Origin: an uncultured Oscillospiraceae bacterium
Lineage (GTDB): Bacteria > Bacillota > Clostridia > Oscillospirales > Ruminococcaceae
DNA: 24,000 nt
Direction: 5' to 3'
Assembly (NCBI GenBank): GCA_934539585.1
Contig: CAKTCT010000032.1
Coordinates: 1 to 24,000 of the forward strand
A program made the position numbers and the translations under genes. The notes below the pieces were generated by a model. The model saw only the letters and a program-made list of their open reading frames with translations, had not been told where the DNA came from and did no database searches. Each line of letters opens with the position of its first letter. Position 1 is the first letter of the stretch. Positions 22,719 to 24,000 of this stretch are shown piece after piece.

Positions 22719-23570
22719 TTATTTTTCCCTGGCAGGAAGAATTTCCCGCTCCCGGTACTCCCGAGGGGAGACTCCCACGTACTTCCGGAAAATCCGGCTG
22801 AAGTAGAGGGCGTTTTCGTACCCCACCACCGCGGCGATCTCCCCGATGTTCAGGGAGGAGGCCGCCAGCAGCTCCTTGGCCTGGTTCAGGCGGATGTCCG
22901 TCAGGTACCGCTGGGGCGTCATCCCCGTGCGCTGCCGGAAGCAGCGGATGAGCCAGCTCTCGCTCATGTTGAACCGCCTGGCGCACTCCCGGACCTGAAT
23001 CTCCTCCTGAAAATTCTGGTGGAAAAAGGCCAGCACGTCCTCCATCCGGCTGTCAGGACCCTGACCGCCGTCGGCGGCGCTGCGGCCGATGCGGGAAAGG
23101 AGCTCCATGGCCTTCCCGGCGCAGACCGAGGAGTACCCCGTCCGCTTCAATTGCAACTCCCGGATGATGCCGTCAAAAAGCTCCGGGTACAGCGCCCGGG
23201 GCCGGACCCGGAACAGCACCCCCTCCATCCCCGCCTCGGAGAGGATGCGCTCCACCCCCCGGCCGGTAAAATGGACCCAGTAAACGTCGGTGCCGTCGGC
23301 CAGGGAGTAGTAGTAATCCTGGGGCATCCCGGGCCGGTAGAGGACGGCGCCCCCCTCCTCCACCAGGACCTCCCTACCGTCAAAAATGAACCGGGCCCCG
23401 CCTCCGGCCAGATACAGCAGCTGATAGTCCGCCCGCCCGTCGGGGCGGCCGGTGTGGAGCAGCGGCTGATGCAGCAGCCGGTAATGCCCGCACCCCGTCA
23501 CCAGCAGGTCCACGTCCAGGCGGACGATATCCTCATGGGGCTGGGCCAGATAGGCCACGGTCTGAAACAT
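22719..23570 (-). CDS. AraC family transcriptional regulator (N-terminal cupin-type sensor, C-terminal HTH)
   Basis: 283 aa from MFQTVAYLAQPHED…, with RBS AGGAGG. C-terminal HTH_18-like region: …IQVRECARRFNMSESWLIRCFRQRTGMTPQRYLTDIRLNQAKELL…IGEIAAVVGYENALYFSRIFRKYVGVSPREYR. Confidence 0.85.
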   Translation of the reverse strand: MFQTVAYLAQPHEDIVRLDVDLLVTGCGHYRLLHQPLLHTGRPDGRADYQLLYLAGGGARFIFDGREVLVEEGGAVLYRPGMPQDYYYSLADGTDVYWVHFTGRGVERILSEAGMEGVLFRVRPRALYPELFDGIIRELQLKRTGYSSVCAGKAMELLSRIGRSAADGGQGPDSRMEDVLAFFHQNFQEEIQVRECARRFNMSESWLIRCFRQRTGMTPQRYLTDIRLNQAKELLAASSLNIGEIAAVVGYENALYFSRIFRKYVGVSPREYREREILPAREK

Positions 23571-23599
23571 CGCAGACCCTCCTTTCGTCTTTGAATCCC

Positions 23600-23628
23600 A
23601 TTGTACCCCTCCGGAGGGGATTTGTCCA
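23600..23628 (-). promoter_or_regulatory. Candidate sigma-70-type promoter of the AraC regulator gene
   Basis: On the minus strand: TGGACA, 17 nt, TACAAT. The spacer contains the 14-nt palindrome CCCCTCCGGAGGGG. Confidence 0.5.
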
Positions 23629-23660
23629 GAGGCTGCCGCAACGCCGTCCCCGGAAGATAC

Positions 23661-23699
23661 AGGAAAACCCCGCCGCTGGCTTCCCAAACGACGGGGTTT
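23661..23699 (-). terminator. Rho-independent terminator downstream of the P-type ATPase gene
   Basis: On the minus strand: AAACCCCGTCG…CGGCGGGGTTTTCC. This is a GC-rich stem with one G-U pair, followed by a U-tract. Confidence 0.6.
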
Positions 23700-23706
23700 C
23701 CGGGAG

Positions 23707-24000
23707 TTATTCCTCCAGAAGATTGGTCATGCTCCGCAGGCTGATGGCCAGGGTGGAGGCGTTGTGGAGCAGCGCCGTAGTCGTCGGGGGCAGAACCCCG
23801 GCCACTCCCAGGCAGATCAGCAGGAAGTTGAAGCCGATGATGTTCCGGTAGTTCCGATGGATGCGGGCCATCAGGGCGTCGCTGAGCTGCTTCAGGGTCA
23901 GCAGCGCGGTGAGATCGTCGCCGCCCACGGTGATGTCGGCCACCTCCCGGGCAATGGCTGCGCCGTCCCGGATGGCAATGCCGGCGTCGGCCTCGGAAAG
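23707..24000 (-). CDS. Heavy-metal/cation-translocating P-type ATPase, C-terminal part (gene continues beyond the window)
   Basis: In frame from nt 24000: LSEADAGIAIRDGAAIAREVADITVGGDDLTALLTLKQLSDALMARIHRNYRNIIGFNFLLI… This is the hinge region after GDGINDxPAL plus the last two TM helices of P1B-type ATPases. Confidence 0.8.
   Translation of the reverse strand, partial: LSEADAGIAIRDGAAIAREVADITVGGDDLTALLTLKQLSDALMARIHRNYRNIIGFNFLLICLGVAGVLPPTTTALLHNASTLAISLRSMTNLLEE

Overview
High-GC (~60-65%) bacterial chromosomal window. Gene content suggests a Clostridia-type Firmicute, but this is inference only. No rRNA, tRNA, CRISPR array, transposase, integrase or reverse transcriptase was seen.

Gene order, left to right:
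(1) A decaying sugar-utilisation locus: a 5'-truncated ABC solute-binding gene, two ABC permeases, a GH42 beta-galactosidase split by a 1-nt frameshift in a G-run, a GH28 hydrolase, and a convergent Maa/LacA-type acetyltransferase.
(2) A plus-strand envelope operon: DUF2442-like small protein, two paralogous acidic lipoproteins, DUF3137, LemA, DUF3137, and a small 2-TM protein.
(3) A minus-strand tRNA-centred operon: ybaK-like deacylase, a CCA-adding enzyme with a C-terminal GNAT domain, and gluQ-like.
(4) A plus-strand membrane operon: AI-2E transporter, cardiolipin synthase, and a CmpB/DUF1113-like membrane protein.
(5) Minus strand: adenine deaminase, an AraC regulator, and the 3' end of a P-type ATPase.

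The standout signal is non-coding. Three copies of a ~600-bp quasi-palindromic element (about 12105-12720, 16173-16806 and 20337-20940; the middle copy is inverted) fill the intergenic gaps between blocks 2/3, 3/4 and 4/5. Each copy consists of two diverged, inverted ~290-nt modules that share invariant sequence blocks. Each also carries long hairpins whose stems differ between copies through fully compensatory changes. I could not assign it to any RNA or mobile-element family from memory. It is my top candidate for an undescribed structured RNA or foldback mobile element. Coordinates of small motifs may be off by a few nt.
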